Both the position numbers and the translations under genes were made by a program. Positions 1 to 13,490 of a stretch of DNA of 64,000 nt are shown here, one piece after another (position 1 is the first letter of the stretch; every line of letters begins with the position of its first letter). Under the pieces are notes generated by a model, which was given only the letters and a program-made list of their open reading frames with translations, did not search any database and was not told the origin of the DNA. Source of the stretch: Eledone cirrhosa (taxonomy: Eukaryota); NCBI GenBank assembly GCA_964016885.1, contig OZ024740.1, positions 46,128,001-46,192,000 on the forward strand. The letters are read 5' to 3'.

Positions 1-3000
1 GGTGTGTGGTGGTGTGGTGGTATGCTGGTGTCGTGGTGTGCTAGTGTGCTGGTGTGGTGTTTGGTGGTGTGGTGGTGTGGTGTGTGGTGGTGTGGTGGTG
101 TGGTGGTGTGGTGGTATGGTGGTTTGGTGGTATATTGGTGGGGAGGTGTGTGGGTGTGGTGATATAGTGGTGTGGTGGTATGTTGATGTGGTGGTATGGT
201 GATATGGTGGTATGGTGATGTGGCGGTATGGTGTTATAGTGGTGTGGTAGTATGGTAGTATGGTGGTGTGGTGGTATGTTGATGTGGTGTGTGGTGGTAT
301 GGTGGTGTCGTGGTGTGCTGGTGTGGTGTGTGGTGGTGTGGTGGTGTGGTGGTGTGGTGGTGTGGTGTGTGGTGGTATGGTGGTGTCGTGGTGTGCTGGT
401 GTGGTGTTTGGTGGTGTGGTGGTGTGGTGTGTGGTGGTGTGGTGGTGTGGTGTGTGGTGGTGTGCTGGTGTGCTGGTGTGCTGGTGTGGTGTGTGGTGGT
501 GTGATGGGGTGGCGTGTGGTGGTGTGGTGGTGTGGTGGTATGGTGGTGTGGTGGTGTGGTGGTGTGGTGGTGTGGTGGTGTGGTGGTGTGGTGTGTGGTG
601 GTGTGATGGGGTGGTGTGTGATGGGGTGGTGTGTGGTGGTGTGGTGGTGTGGTGGTATGGTGGTGTGGTGGTGTGGTGGTGTGGTGGTGTGGTGTGTGGT
701 GGTATGGTGGTGTCGTGGTGTGCTGGTGTGCTGGTGTGGTGTTTGGTGGTGTGGTGGTGTGGTGTGTGGTGGTGTGGTGCTGTGGTGGTGTGGTGGTGTG
801 GTGGTGTGGTGGTGTCGTGGTGTGGTGTGTGGTGGTATGGTGGTGTCGTGGTGTGGTGGTGTGCTGGTGTGGTGTGTGGTGGTGTGATGGGGTGGTGTGT
901 GGTGGTGTGGTGGTGTGGTGGTGTGGTGGTGTGGTGTGTGGTGGTATGGTGGTGTCGTGGTGTGCTGGTGTGGTGTGTGGTGGTGTGGTGGTGTGGTGTG
1001 TGGTGGTGTGGTGGTGTGGTGGTGTGGTGGTGTGCTGGTGTGCTGGTGTGGTGTGTGGTGGTGTGATGGTGTGGTGTGTGGTGGTGTGGTGGTGTGGTGG
1101 TATGGTGGTGTGGTGGTGTGGTGGTGTGGTGGTGTGGTGGTGTGGTGGTGTGGTGGTATGGTGGTGTGCTGTGTGGTGTTGTGTTGGTGTGGTGGTGTGG
1201 TGGTGTGGTGGTGTGGTGGTGTGGTGGTATGGTGGTGTGGTGGTATGGTGATATGGTGGTATGGTGGTATGGTAGTATGGTGGTGTGGTGGTGTGGTATT
1301 GTGGTGGTGTGGTGGTGTGGTGGTGTGGTGGTATGGTGGTATGGTGGTATGGTGGTGTGGTGGTGTGGTGGTGTGGTGGTGTGGTGGCGTGGTGGTATGG
1401 TGGTCTGGTCGTATGGTGATATGGTGGTGTGGTGGTGTGGTGGTGTGGTGGTGTGGTGGTGTGGTGGTATGGTGGTGTGGTGGTATGGTGGTATGGTGGT
1501 GTGGTGGTGTGGTGGTGTGGTGGTATGGTGGTGTGGTGTTGTGTTGGTGTGGTGGTGTGGTGGTGTGGTGGTGTGGTGGTGTGGTGGTGTGGTGTGTGGT
1601 GGTGTGCTGTTGTGGTGGTGTGTTGGTGTGGTGGTATGGTGGTGTGGTGTGGTGTGTGGTGGTATGGTGGTGTCGTGGTGTGCTGGTGTGATGGTGTGGT
1701 GTGTGGTGGTGTGGTGGTATGCTGGTGTCGTGGTGTGCTGGTGTGCTGGTGTGGTGTTTGGTGGTGTGGTGGTGTGGTGTGTGGTGGTGTGGTGGTGTGG
1801 TGGTGTGGTGGTGTGGTGTGTCGTGGTATGGTGGTGTCGTGGTGTGGTGGTGTGCTGGTGTGGTGTGTGGTGGTGTGGTGGTGTGGTGTGTGGTGGTGTG
1901 GTGTTGTGGTGGTGTGGTGGTGTGGTGGTGTGGTGGTGTGGTGGTGTGGTGGTGTGGTGGTGTGGTGTGTCGTGGTATGGTGGTGTCGTGGTGTGGTGGT
2001 GTGCTGGTGTGGTGTGTGGTGGTGTGGTGGTGTGGTGTGTGGTGGTGTGGTGGTATGGTGGTATAGTGGGGGTATAGTGGTGTGATGGTATAGTGGTGGT
2101 GTGGTGATGTGGGTGTATGGTGGTATGGTGTTGTGGTGGTATGCTGATGTGGTGGTGTGGTGGTATGGTGTTGTGGTGGTATAGTGGTGTTTTAGCATGG
2201 TGGTGTGGTGGTATGATGGTATAGTGGTATAGTTGTGTGGTGGTGTGGTGGTGTGTTGGAGTGGTGGTATAGTGGTGTGGTGGTGTGGTGGTATGGTGGT
2301 ATGGTGGTATGGTGGTGTAGTGGTGTGGTGGTGTGGTGGTGTGGTAGTGTGGCGGTATGTTTGTATGGTGGTGTGGTGGTATAGTGGTGTGGTGGTATGC
2401 TGGTGTGGTGGTATGGTGGTGTTGTGGTGGTGTGGTGGTATAGTGGTATAGTGGTGTGGTGGCGTGGTGGTATGGTGGTATGGTGGTGTGGTGGTATGGT
2501 GGTATGGTGGTATGGGGGTATGGTGGTGTGGGTGTATGGTGGTGTGGTGGTATGATGGTGTGGTGGTATGGTGGTGTGTTGGTATAATGCTGTGGTGATA
2601 TGGTGGTGTGGTGGTATGGTTGTGTGGTGGTATGGTAGTGTGGTGGTGTGGTGGTGTGGTGGTATGGTGGTGTGGTGGTATATTGGTGTGGTTGTATGGT
2701 GGGTATGGTGGTGAGGTGGTGTGGTGGTATGGTGTGTGGTGGTATGGTGGTGTGGTGGTGTGGTGGTATGGTGGTGTGGTGGTGTGGTGGTGTGGTGATA
2801 TAGTGGTGTGGTGGTATGGTGGTGTGGTGGTATGGTGATGTGGTGGTGTGGTGGTATGGTGATGTGGTGGTGTGGTGGTATGGTGGTTTGGTGGTATATT
2901 GGTGGGGAGGTGTGTGGGTGTGGTGATATAGTGGTGTGGTGGTATGTTGATGTGGTGGTATGGTGATATGGTGGTATGGTGATGTGGCGGTATGGTGTTA

Positions 3001-6000
3001 TAGTGGTGTGGTAGTATGGTAGTATGGTGGTGTGGTGGTATGTTGATGTGGTGTGTGGTGGTATGGTGGTGTCGTGGTGTGCTGGTGTGGTGTGTGGTGG
3101 TGTGGTGGTGTGGTGGTGTGGTGGTGTGGTGTGTGGTGGTATGGTGGTGTCGTGGTGTGCTGGTGTGGTGTTTGGTGGTGTGGTGGTGTGGTGTGTGGTG
3201 GTGTGGTGGTGTGGTGTGTGGTGGTGTGCTGGTGTGCTGGTGTGCTGGTGTGGTGTGTGGTGGTGTGATGGGGTGGCGTGTGGTGGTGTGGTGGTGTGGT
3301 GGTATGGTGGTGTGGTGGTGTGGTGGTGTGGTGGTGTGGTGGTGTGGTGGTGTGGTGTGTGGTGGTGTGATGGGGTGGTGTGTGATGGGGTGGTGTGTGG
3401 TGGTGTGGTGGTGTGGTGGTATGGTGGTGTGGTGGTGTGGTGGTGTGGTGGTGTGGTGTGTGGTGGTATGGTGGTGTCGTGGTGTGCTGGTGTGCTGGTG
3501 TGGTGTTTGGTGGTGTGGTGGTGTGGTGTGTGGTGGTGTGGTGCTGTGGTGGTGTGGTGGTGTGGTGGTGTGGTGGTGTCGTGGTGTGGTGTGTGGTGGT
3601 ATGGTGGTGTCGTGGTGTGGTGGTGTGCTGGTGTGGTGTGTGGTGGTGTGATGGGGTGGTGTGTGGTGGTGTGGTGGTGTGGTGGTGTGGTGGTGTGGTG
3701 TGTGGTGGTATGGTGGTGTCGTGGTGTGCTGGTGTGGTGTGTGGTGGTGTGGTGGTGTGGTGTGTGGTGGTGTGGTGGTGTGGTGGTGTGGTGGTGTGCT
3801 GGTGTGCTGGTGTGGTGTGTGGTGGTGTGATGGTGTGGTGTGTGGTGGTGTGGTGGTGTGGTGGTATGGTGGTGTGGTGGTGTGGTGGTGTGGTGGTGTG
3901 GTGGTGTGGTGGTGTGGTGGTATGGTGGTGTGCTGTGTGGTGTTGTGTTGGTGTGGTGGTGTGGTGGTGTGGTGGTGTGGTGGTGTGGTGGTGTGGTGTT
4001 GTGGTGGTGCAGTGGTGTGGTGGTGTGCTGGTGTGCTGGTGTGGTGTGTGTGGTGTGATGGTGTGGTGTGTGGTGGTGTGGTGGTGTGGTGGTATGGTGG
4101 TGTGGTGGTGTGGTGGTGTGGTGGTGTGGTGGTGTTGTGGTGGTGCAGTGGTGTGGTGGTGTGGTGTGTGGTGGTGTGATGGTGTGGTGGTGTGGTGGTA
4201 TAGTGGTGTGGTGGTGAGGTGGTGTGGTGGTGTGGTGGTGTGGTGGTATGGTGGTGTGGTGGTGTGGTGGTATGGTGGTGTAGTGGTATAATGGTGTGGT
4301 GGTATGGTGGAGTGGTGGTATGGTTGTGTGGTGGTGAGGTGGTGTGGTGGTGTGGTGGTATGGTAATATGGTCGTGTGGTGCTGTGGTGGTGTGTTGGTG
4401 GGGTGGTAGTATGGTGGTGTGGTGGTATGGTCGTGTGGTTGTATGGTGGTGTGGTGGTATAATGTTGTGGTTGTGTGGTAGTATTGTGGTGTGGTGGCAT
4501 GGGGCTATGGTGGTGAGGTGGTATAGTGGTGTGGTGGTATGGTGGTATGGTAGTATGGTGGTGTGGTGCTATGGTGGTGTGTTGGTGGGGTGGTAAAATG
4601 GTGTGGTATTATGGTGGTGTGGTGGTATGGTGGTGTGGTTGTATGGTGGTGTGTTAGTATGGTGGTGTGGTGGTATAATGGTGTGGTGGTGTGGTAGTAT
4701 GGTGGTGTGGTGGTATGGTGGTATGGTGGTGAGGTGGAATAGTGGTGTGGTGGAATGGTGTTGTGGTGGTGTTGTGGTATGTTGGTCTGGTGGTGTGGTG
4801 GTATGGTGCTGAGTTGGTATAGCGGTGTGGTGGTATGGTATTGTGGTGGTATGATGGTGTGGTAGTATGGTGGTGTGGTAGTATGGTGGTGTGGTAGTAT
4901 GGTGGTGTGGTGGTATGGTGGTATAGTGGTGTGGTGGTACGGTGGTGAGGTGATATGGTGTTATTGTGGTTTAGTGGTGTGGTGGTGTGGTGGTATGGTG
5001 GTATGGTGGTATAGTGGGGGTATAGTGGTGTGATGGTATAGTGGTGGTGTGGTGATGTGGGTGTATGGTGGTATGGTGTTGTGGTGGTATGCTGATGTGG
5101 TGGTGTGGTGGTATGGTGTTGTGGTGGTATAGTGGTGTTTTAGCATGGTGGTGTGGTGGTATGATGGTATAGTGGTATAGTTGTGTGGTGGTGTGGTGGT
5201 GTGTTGGAGTGGTGGTATAGTGGTGTAGCTGTGTGGGGGCATGGTGGTATGGTGGTATGGTGGTGTAGTGGTGTGGTGGTGTGGTGGTGTGGTAGTGTGG
5301 CGGTATGTTTGTATGGTGGTGTGGTGGTATAGTGGTGTGGTGGTATGCTGGTGTGGTGGTATGGTGGTGTTGTGGTGGTGTGGTGGTATAGTGGTATAGT
5401 GGTGTGGTGGTGTGGTGGTATGGTGGTATGGTGGTGTGGTGGTATGGTGGTATGGTGGTATGGGCGTATGGTGTTGTGGGTGTATGGTTGTGTGGTGGTA
5501 TGATGGTGTGGTGGTATGGTGGTGTGGTGGTATAATGCTGTGGTGATATGGTGGTGTGGTGGTATGGTGGTGTGGTGGTATGGTAGTGTGGTGGTGTGGT
5601 GGTGTGGTGGTATGGTGGTGTGGTGGTATGGTGGTGTGGTTGTATGGTGGGTATGGTGGTGAGGTGGTGTGGTGGTATGGTGTGTGGTGGTATGGTGGTG
5701 TGGTGGTGTGGTGGTATGGTGGTGTGGTGGTGTGGTGGTGTGGTGATATAGTGGTGTGGTGGTATGGTGGTGTGGTGGTATGGTGATGTGGTGGTGTGGT
5801 GGTATGGTGATGTGGTGGTGTGGTGGTATGGTGGTTTGGTGGTATATTGGTGGGGAGGTGTGTGGGTGCGGTGATATAGTGGTGTGGTGGTATGTTGATG
5901 TGGTGGTATGGTGATATGGTGGTATGGTGATGTGGTGGTATGGTGTTATAGTGGTGTGGTAGTATGGTAGTATGGTGGTGTGGTGGTATGTTGATGTGGT

Positions 6001-8905
6001 GTGTGGTGGTATGGTGGTGTCGTGGTGTGCTGGTGTGCTGGTGTGGTGTTTGGTGGTGTGGTGGTGTGGTGTGTGGTGGTGTGCTGTTGTGGTGGTGTGT
6101 TGGTGTGGTGGTATGGTGGTGTGGTGTGGTGTGTGGTGGTATGGTGGTGTCGTGGTGTGCTGGTGTGATGGTGTGGTGTGTGGTGGTGTGGTGGTATGCT
6201 GGTGTCGTGGTGTGCTGGTGTGCTGGTGTGGTGTTTGGTGGTGTGGTGGTGTGGTGTGTGGTGGTGTGGTGGTGTGGTGGTGTGGTGGTGTGGTGTGTCG
6301 TGGTATGGTGGTGTCGTGGTGTGGTGGTGTGCTGGTGTGGTGTGTGGTGGTGTGGTGGTGTGGTGTGTGGTGGTGTCGTGTTGTGGTGGTGTGGTGGTGT
6401 GGTGGTGTGGTGGTGTGGTGGTGTGGTGGTGTGCTGGTGTGCTGGTGTGGTGTGTGGTGGTGTGGTGGTATGGTGGTATAGTGGGGGTATAGTGGTGTGA
6501 TGGTATAGTGGTGGTGTGGTGATGTGGGTGTATGGTGGTATGGTGTTGTGGTGGTATGCTGATGTGGTGGTGTGGTGGTATGGTGTTGTGGTGGTATAGT
6601 GGTGTTTTAGCATGGTGGTGTGGTGGTATGATGGTATAGTGGTATAGTTGTGTGGTGGTGTGGTGGTGTGTTGGAGTGGTGGTATAGTGGTGTGGTGGTG
6701 TGGTGGTATGGTGGTATGGTGGTATGGTGGTGTAGTGGTGTGGTGGTGTGGTGGTGTGGTAGTGTGGCGGTATGTTTGTATGGTGGTGTGGTGGTATAGT
6801 GGTGTGGTGGTATGCTGGTGTGGTGGTATGGTGGTGTTGTGGTGGTGTGGTGGTATAGTGGTATAGTGGTGTGGTGGCGTGGTGGTATGGTGGTATGGTG
6901 GTGTGGTGGTATGGTGGTATGGTGGTATGGGGGTATGGTGGTGTGGGTGTATGGTGGTGTGGTGGTATGATGGTGTGGTGGTATGGTGGTGTGTTGGTAT
7001 AATGCTGTGGTGATATGGTGGTGTGGTGGTATGGTGGTGTGGTGGTATGGTAGTGTGGTGGTGTGGTGGTGTGGTGGTATGGTGGTGTGGTGGTATGGTG
7101 GTGTGGTTGTATGGTGGGTATGGTGGTGAGGTGGTGTGGTGGTATGGTGTGTGGTGGTATGGTGGTGTGGTGGTGTGGTGGTATGGTGGTGTGGTGGGGT
7201 GGTGGTGTGGTGATATAGTGGTGTGGTGGTATGGTGGTGTGGTGGTATGGTGATGTGGTGGTGTGGTGGTATGGTGATGTGGTGGTGTGGTGGTATGGTG
7301 GTCTGGTGGTATATTGGTGGGGAGGTGTGTGGGTGTGGTGATATAGTGGTGTGGTGGTATGTTGATGTGGTGGTATGGTGATATGGTGGTATGGTGATGT
7401 GGCGGTATGGTGTTATAGTGGTGTGGTAGTATGGTAGTATGGTGGTGTGGTGGTATGTTGATGTGGTGTGTGGTGGTATGGTGGTGTCGTGGTGTGCTGG
7501 TGTGGTGTGTGGTGGTGTGGTGGTGTGGTGGTGTGGTGGTGTGGTGTGTGGTGGTATGGTGGTGTCGTGGTGTGCTGGTGTGGTGTTTGGTGGTGTGGTG
7601 GTGTGGTGTGTGGTGGTGTGGTGGTGTGGTGTGTGGTGGTGTGCTGGTGTGCTGGTGTGCTGGTGTGCTGGTGTGGTGTGTGGTGGTGTGATGGGGTGGC
7701 GTGTGGTGGTGTGGTGGTGTGGTGGTATGGTGGTGTGGTGGTGTGGTGGTGTGGTGGTGTGGTGGTGTGGTGGTGTGGTGTGTGGTGGTGTGATGGGGTG
7801 GTGTGTGATGGGGTGGTGTGTGGTGGTGTGGTGGTGTGGTGGTATGGTGGTGTGGTGGTGTGGTGGTGTGGTGGTGTGGTGTGTGGTGGTATGGTGGTGT
7901 CGTGGTGTGCTGGTGTGCTGGTGTGGTGTTTGGTGGTGTGGTGGTGTGGTGTGTGGTGGTGTGGTGCTGTGGTGGTGTGGTGGTGTGGTGGTGTGGTGGT
8001 GTGGTGGTGTGGTGTGTGGTGGTATGGTGGTGTCGTGGTGTGGTGGTGTGCTGGTGTGGTGTGTGGTGGTGTGATGGGGTGGTGTGTGGTGGTGTGGTGG
8101 TGTGGTGGTGTGGTGGTGTGGTGTGTGGTGGTATGGTGGTGTCGTGGTGTGCTGGTGTGGTGTGTGGTGGTGTGGTGGTGTGGTGTGTGGTGGTGTGGTG
8201 GTGTGGTGGTGTGGTGGTGTGCTGGTGTGCTGGTGTGGTGTGTGGTGGTGTGATGGTGTGGTGTGTGGTGGTGTGGTGGTGTGGTGGTATGGTGGTGTGG
8301 TGGTGTGGTGGTGTGGTGGTGTGGTGGTGTGGTGGTGTGGTGGTATGGTGGTGTGCTGTGTGGTGTTGTGTTGGTGTGGTGGTGTGGTGGTGTGGTGGTG
8401 TGGTGGTGTGGTGGTATGGTGGTGTGGTGGTATGGTGATATGGTGGTATGGTGGTATGGTAGTATGGTGGTGTGGTGGTGTGGTATTGTGGTGGTGTGGT
8501 GGTGTGGTGGTGTGGTGGTATGGTGGTATGGTGGTATGGTGGTGTGGTGGTGTGGTGGTGTGGTGGTGTGGTGGCGTGGTGGTATGGTGGTGTGGTCGTA
8601 TGGTGATATGGTGGTGTGGTGGTGTGGTGGTGTGGTGGTGTGGTGGTGTGGTGGTATGGTGGTGTGGTGGTATGGTGGTATGGTGGTGTGGTGGTGTGGT
8701 GGTGTGGTGGTATGGTGGTGTGGTGTTGTGTTGGTGTGGTGGTGTGGTGGTGTGGTGGTGTGGTGGTGTGGTGGTGTGGTGTGTGGTGGTGTGGTGGTGT
8801 GGTGGTGTGCTGGTATGGTGGTGTGGTGGTATGGTGATATGGTGGTATGGTGGTATGGTGGTATGGTGGTATGGTGGTATGGTGGTATAGTGGTGTAGTG
8901 GTATA
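1..8905. repeat. G/T-rich satellite built from GGTGTGGT/GGTATGGT 8-mers and GGTGT 5-mers, with kb-scale block duplications
   Basis: Almost pure G/T on the + strand. Rare marker ggggaggtgtgtgggtg recurs at ~140, 2904, 5852 and 7319, and ttttagcatgg at ~2190, 5138 and 6606. All ORFs here are low-complexity artefacts. Confidence 0.97.
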
Positions 8906-8909
8906 CAGC

Positions 8910-9750
8910 TAGCACCTTCTTTCCTCCCCTAAATCCACAAACCTAACAACTTTCACCCCATCGTTTGCCTGAAATTCAACCCCAATTACCTAGACCAACA
9001 AACCCAACACCCCATGGACTCCATAATTTCCACCTGCAACCTCCCTACAGAACTTAATTCCAAGTACCTGATTGTATCTCTTTTATCTCACTTCCACCAT
9101 ACCTATCAATTCCTCCCTCTTTTCGCCATCTTCCTTCACCTCCTCTCCCACCTCCTTACCTCTGTTGACAATAAGTTCCTTTACAATGCCCTCGCCCTAC
9201 CCTACCGCCACGATGGTCTCCCAGACCCCAAATATTACCTCAACCCTCGCACGTATCAGGAGCCCGTCACTTCTATTTTCTTCCATCTCCCTGAATTAAT
9301 TCTCACCTTAAACTGTTTCACTTTTTCAAAGGAATTCTATCAACTGTGACCCTCAACTATACCATCTTGTTCGTTGGTTAAGTTGTGGCCCAAATCATCA
9401 CCCAGTTAACCGTACACAACCCTGCAGCTACACCATCATTATGTTAGTGGTTATATCGGTATCACCTCAAATAGTTCAAATCCTTCATCACTTTTATCAA
9501 CTCCTTACATCCTGTCTTAAAACTCACATCCATCGTACCCTCCACGTTTGTCAACTTTCTAAATATATCCGTTTCCACCGATCACTCCAGCCTCCCTGTT
9601 TCTCCATCTATCTTTTACAAATCCATTGATTGACACGTCTACCTCGGATTTCACCTCCTTCCAACCCTATTTACACCAAATGTATCATCAATTCATTCGT
9701 CTCTGTCGCGTCTGAAGCCTTAACATCGACTTCAAAGTAGCAATATTATT
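8910..9750 (+). mobile_element. Degenerate Penelope-like RT fragment
   Basis: ORF 9014-9349 ends ELILTLNCFTFSKEFYQL, resembling the PLE RT segment upstream of the QxxGxxMG motif. Heavily decayed. Confidence 0.5.
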
Positions 9751-9901
9751 TGCAGAAGAAAAATGTGGCGGTTGAGAGTTTGGTAATTGTATCTGTGTGC
9801 ATGTTTATATATATTGTTATACTTTGGGAGAATTATGCTCCAATAAAACACATGCGCCGGTTGATTGTTTGGTTCGATAACCGGATGGTTGTTTATATAT
9901 T

Positions 9902-9944
9902 GTCAAAGCTCTTTCGTCATACATTCTGTGACCTCCTCAGTAAC
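9902..9944 (-). ncRNA. Minimal type I hammerhead ribozyme-like motif (PLE pLTR)
   Basis: Reverse complement reads gtta-CTGAGGA-g-gtcaca..tatgac-GAAA-gagc-TT-tgac. Confidence 0.6.
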
Positions 9945-11213
9945 TGGGTTTTTATTTTGTATCTTTCCTTTGTTCTATCCTACACCATCTTGTTTTTGTG
10001 TTGTGTGATGTGTGCTTGGTTTGCGCATGCGTTACATCCATGTGTGTGTGTTTTTTTAATTTATTTATTCATGTGTTTATTTACTTGTCACTAGTTGGTG
10101 GTTTGTTCTATCTGTGAGTGTTTGGTTTGTTTTATTAGCTTGGTTTTTGTGTGTCTTTGTATCTCTTCACTTTGTCTTTAATTACTAGTTGTGATGTTGT
10201 TGCTATTCCACTCATGTTTTCTGGTTAATTTTGGTTGGAGTTTATGTTTGTCGCCTCTGTAATTTGTCGGAACATTACGTCCTTTTTTGTGTGGATATAT
10301 TTTTTTATCTCTATGTTCTCTAATCTGCCCCAATGTTCTATTTTGGCCTGTTGGTGGAGTACTGATGATTTTTTACCATCTTGGAGTTCTAGCCAGTGTT
10401 CACTCATCGTTTCTCCTATGCTACAGGCTGTTTCACCAATATATGTTGTGTTCTTAATCCTACACTATCCCTCAGTACATCTTATGCTATATACTACGTT
10501 TCTAATTTTGCAGTTAGTTTGTGGGCTTAACTTGTCTTTCCTATCAGTGCAGAGGGTTCTTTGAAACGGATATGTTCTACTAATTAGGGTTTGTATGGGA
10601 ATACCTAGTCTTTCGACTATCTTAATATTTGATTTTAGTTTGCTTAGATCCTTTCTAAATATGTAAGCTAGTTCGCCTCTGGGGATTGCACTTTGGTATT
10701 TATTGCTATCATTCAATGAGTTGATTTTATCTGCCTTTTTCTTAGTCCTTTCTATTTCATTCCCAAATTTGCTCCTATACATGGGGCAAATCCCATTTGC
10801 ATAATTTTCTTCAATCTTTGCCTTGACTTTTATAACCCTGACTATGTACTCCCGCTACGTAGATGACATAAACATCGTAGTGAAAACACCCCCACAGGAA
10901 AACAGTCAGGAATTAGAGAAGAACACCGTCGAAAGCATCCAGCAAATAGCTAACTCCATCCACTTGAGTATTAAAGTTACCATAGGCTACCCAACTAAAC
11001 ACACCAACCATAGATTACCCGTACTAGACTCAGAACTCTGGTTAGAAACTATTAATCATAAAACACAAATCCCCATTCGCATTATGCGAAACCCATGACC
11101 TCCAAGTACCTGATCCACCGGATGTAACGCATGCGCAAACCAAGCACACAACACACAACACAAAAACAAAATGGTGTAGGATAGAAAAAAGGAGAGACAC
11201 AAAATAGAATCCA

Positions 11214-11256
11214 GTCACTGAGGAGGTCACAGAATGTGTGATGAAAGAGCTTTGAC
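11214..11256 (+). ncRNA. Minimal type I hammerhead ribozyme-like motif (PLE pLTR)
   Basis: gtca-CTGAGGA-g-gtcaca-gaatg-tgtgat-GAAA-gagc-TT-tgac. Stem I is gtca/tgac and stem II is gtcaca/tgtgat. Confidence 0.65.
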
Positions 11257-11437
11257 AATATATAAACAACCATCTGGTTATTGAACCAACCAACGAACCG
11301 GAATTTTATAATAAATTGAAGTGAAAACCAACAGGAGCGTGTGTTTTTATTGGCAGCATGGCCCTCCCAAAGTATAAAAGTATCGGTTTCAACACACGTT
11401 TTCAGATAAGAAATCTTGCAAAACAAATTCAAAAACG

Positions 11438-11439
<2 letters not shown>

Positions 11440-11501
<62 letters not shown>

Positions 11502-11502
11502 C

Positions 11503-11601
<99 letters not shown>

Positions 11602-11603
11602 GT
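11440..11603. repeat. (TG)n microsatellite
   Basis: Direct read. Confidence 0.98.
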
Positions 11604-11809
11604 TTATTCAAACAAATTAAGACTTTTATGTCTTAAACTCACACCTGAATTAAAACGAGGCTTCTACAATAGTTTGTTTCCGGGCAGACAGATAGAATGT
11701 CGGGCTGGTTTTTCTTTTCGTTACAAAAAAGTTGCTAAAACCTGAAAATTTATTGTATGTCTACAATAGCCAGAACCACCCACACTGGAAACTTCTACCA
11801 TTATTTAAT

Positions 11810-11940
11810 GGCAGTAGGGTGGTGGATAAACAGTATCGGTAGAGTATCGGTCAACATGTTTTGTGGCATAGAGTTATGTCCTTTTACATTCTTAGTTCAA
11901 ATCCTGCTGAGGTTAGCTTTTCCTTTCATCCTTACAGTTG
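11810..11940 (+). mobile_element. tRNA-derived SINE, family A (partial)
   Basis: cagtatcggtagag...agttcaaatcc...ttcatcctta, shared with copies at 18468, 21165-21778, 22155, 24764 and 26420. Confidence 0.75.
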
Positions 11941-11989
11941 GTGACATGGCTGAATTACAGGTACAGTGCATCCGACGGGATTTCAAACA

Positions 11990-13490
11990 ATTTTGAAAGC
12001 AGGTCCGATTTGCGAGACACATTTCCTAGACATCTTACTGAAATTTCTCCTCAAACAGATTCGGAGTTTCTTACGAGACGATCTAGATATACTCCACCAT
12101 GTACCAAATAAGGCAAACGAAAACATTGTTTCGTTAGATATTGTAAACCTATATAGCAACATTCCACGTGAGTACGGAATCGTGGTTATTAAATACAGGC
12201 TAGACTCATTCTTTATATAGCTACCATTGATAGAAAATTGATAGAAAATTCTTTATAGGTGGTCTTCAATTTATGCTAAAAAACAATTTTTCATATTCGT
12301 CGAAATAGCCTACCGACAAAAATCAGGAACAACCATGGGTACATAACATTCACCAACATATACCAACCTAGTCATGGGATACCATGAATTAAAAATCTAC
12401 GAATACACCTCACAAATTCATGAGGATGAATTCAGCTGTTATATAAAACAAAACTGGAAAAGTTACCTGAATGATTGCTTTACTTTATGGGGGGAAATAT
12501 TGACAAACTAAAAGTTTTTCAAAACCTCATCAATGATATAAGCCGTAACATCCAATTTACTATGGACTTCAGTAACGAAAGACTTCCATCTTTTACAGAT
12601 ACTAATAACAAAATAATCACAAAACTAGAAACTAACATATATTTCAAACCTACGGTCCCCTGACAATACCTCCTTTTTACATATTCTCATCCAACACACA
12701 CTCATCCCAATATTCCACTTAACCTAGTTAAGCACATCAGCGCAATAGCTTCAAACCCAACAAGAGACCACAGACTAGAAGAAATGAGAAAATACTTACC
12801 AAGAGAAAATACCTTCAAAAGTTAACCAAAGAAAACAAATTAATATCCTCGAAGTCCGAAAAACAACATGAAAAAAGGTTATACCTTATACATTAACTTT
12901 CAATCCAAAATAACATCGAGATCTACACACACATACAACTAAACCTACCTATTCTAATAAATGACAAAAAAATAACGAAAAATCTCTTACAGAAATATTT
13001 AATTATAAAAAGTAAAAAAAAGCCAAACTTGCTAAAAAATGATACTGACGAATGCAAAGCTGTAAACCATGATTAAAAATCCAGAAGATAGAAAATGCAA
13101 CCAACCTAACTGTGAAGTATGCACCTATTTCAAATTTCACTTCAAAGAGTGGCCTATTTTCAAGAGTAAAAACGACTTCTCTTGTAATTCATACAATTTA
13201 ATATATATTATAACATGTAAAGGTAGCTATGAACATTACATTGGTCAAACAGGTCTGACACTCCGACAAAAATGACAGAACACCGTCAAAGAATTAGAGA
13301 ATCATATACTAGAAAGATTCCTCTTAGTCAACATATAGAGGATTGCGGACGACGAACCTTGCAAAATTTCGATGTTTTCCTATTCTATCAATGTTGCTAT
13401 TCCACATCGGAATAAAAAAAACGCGTCAGCAAGGAAACATATTTTATAAACAAATACCAACCGAAATTTAACTCAATGTACATCTAATTC
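11990..13490 (+). mobile_element. Degenerate Penelope-like element (RT + GIY-YIG)
   Basis: Fragments IVSLDIVNLYSNIP, QKSGTTMG and NIQFTMDFSNERLPSF (RT), then CNQPNCEVC...FSCNSYNLIYIITCKGSYEHYIGQTGLTLRQK (GIY-YIG). Many stops and frameshifts. Confidence 0.88.

Larger units (their letters stand above)
9760..11440. mobile_element. Rearranged Penelope-like element: inverted pLTR-like repeats flanking a GIY-YIG fragment (-) and an RT fragment (+)
   Basis: ~9820-10040 is the reverse complement of ~11120-11375. Minus strand 10225-10782 reads CKIRNVVYSIRCTEG*...YIGETACSIGETMSEHW (GIY-YIG). Plus strand 10823-11098 contains YSRYVDDINI and LPVLD (PLE RT). Confidence 0.8.

Noticed and set aside
1-8905. 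Telomere (TG1-3-like) interpretation
   Set aside because: There is no TTAGGG array. The G-rich strand runs toward the interior of the window, the wrong polarity for a left chromosome end, and the complex block structure indicates a satellite.
234-8915. Long His/Thr/Pro-rich and Val/Trp/Cys/Gly-rich ORFs (up to 654 aa)
   Set aside because: They are translations of a stop-poor satellite that is open in several frames at once, with no unique coding signal.
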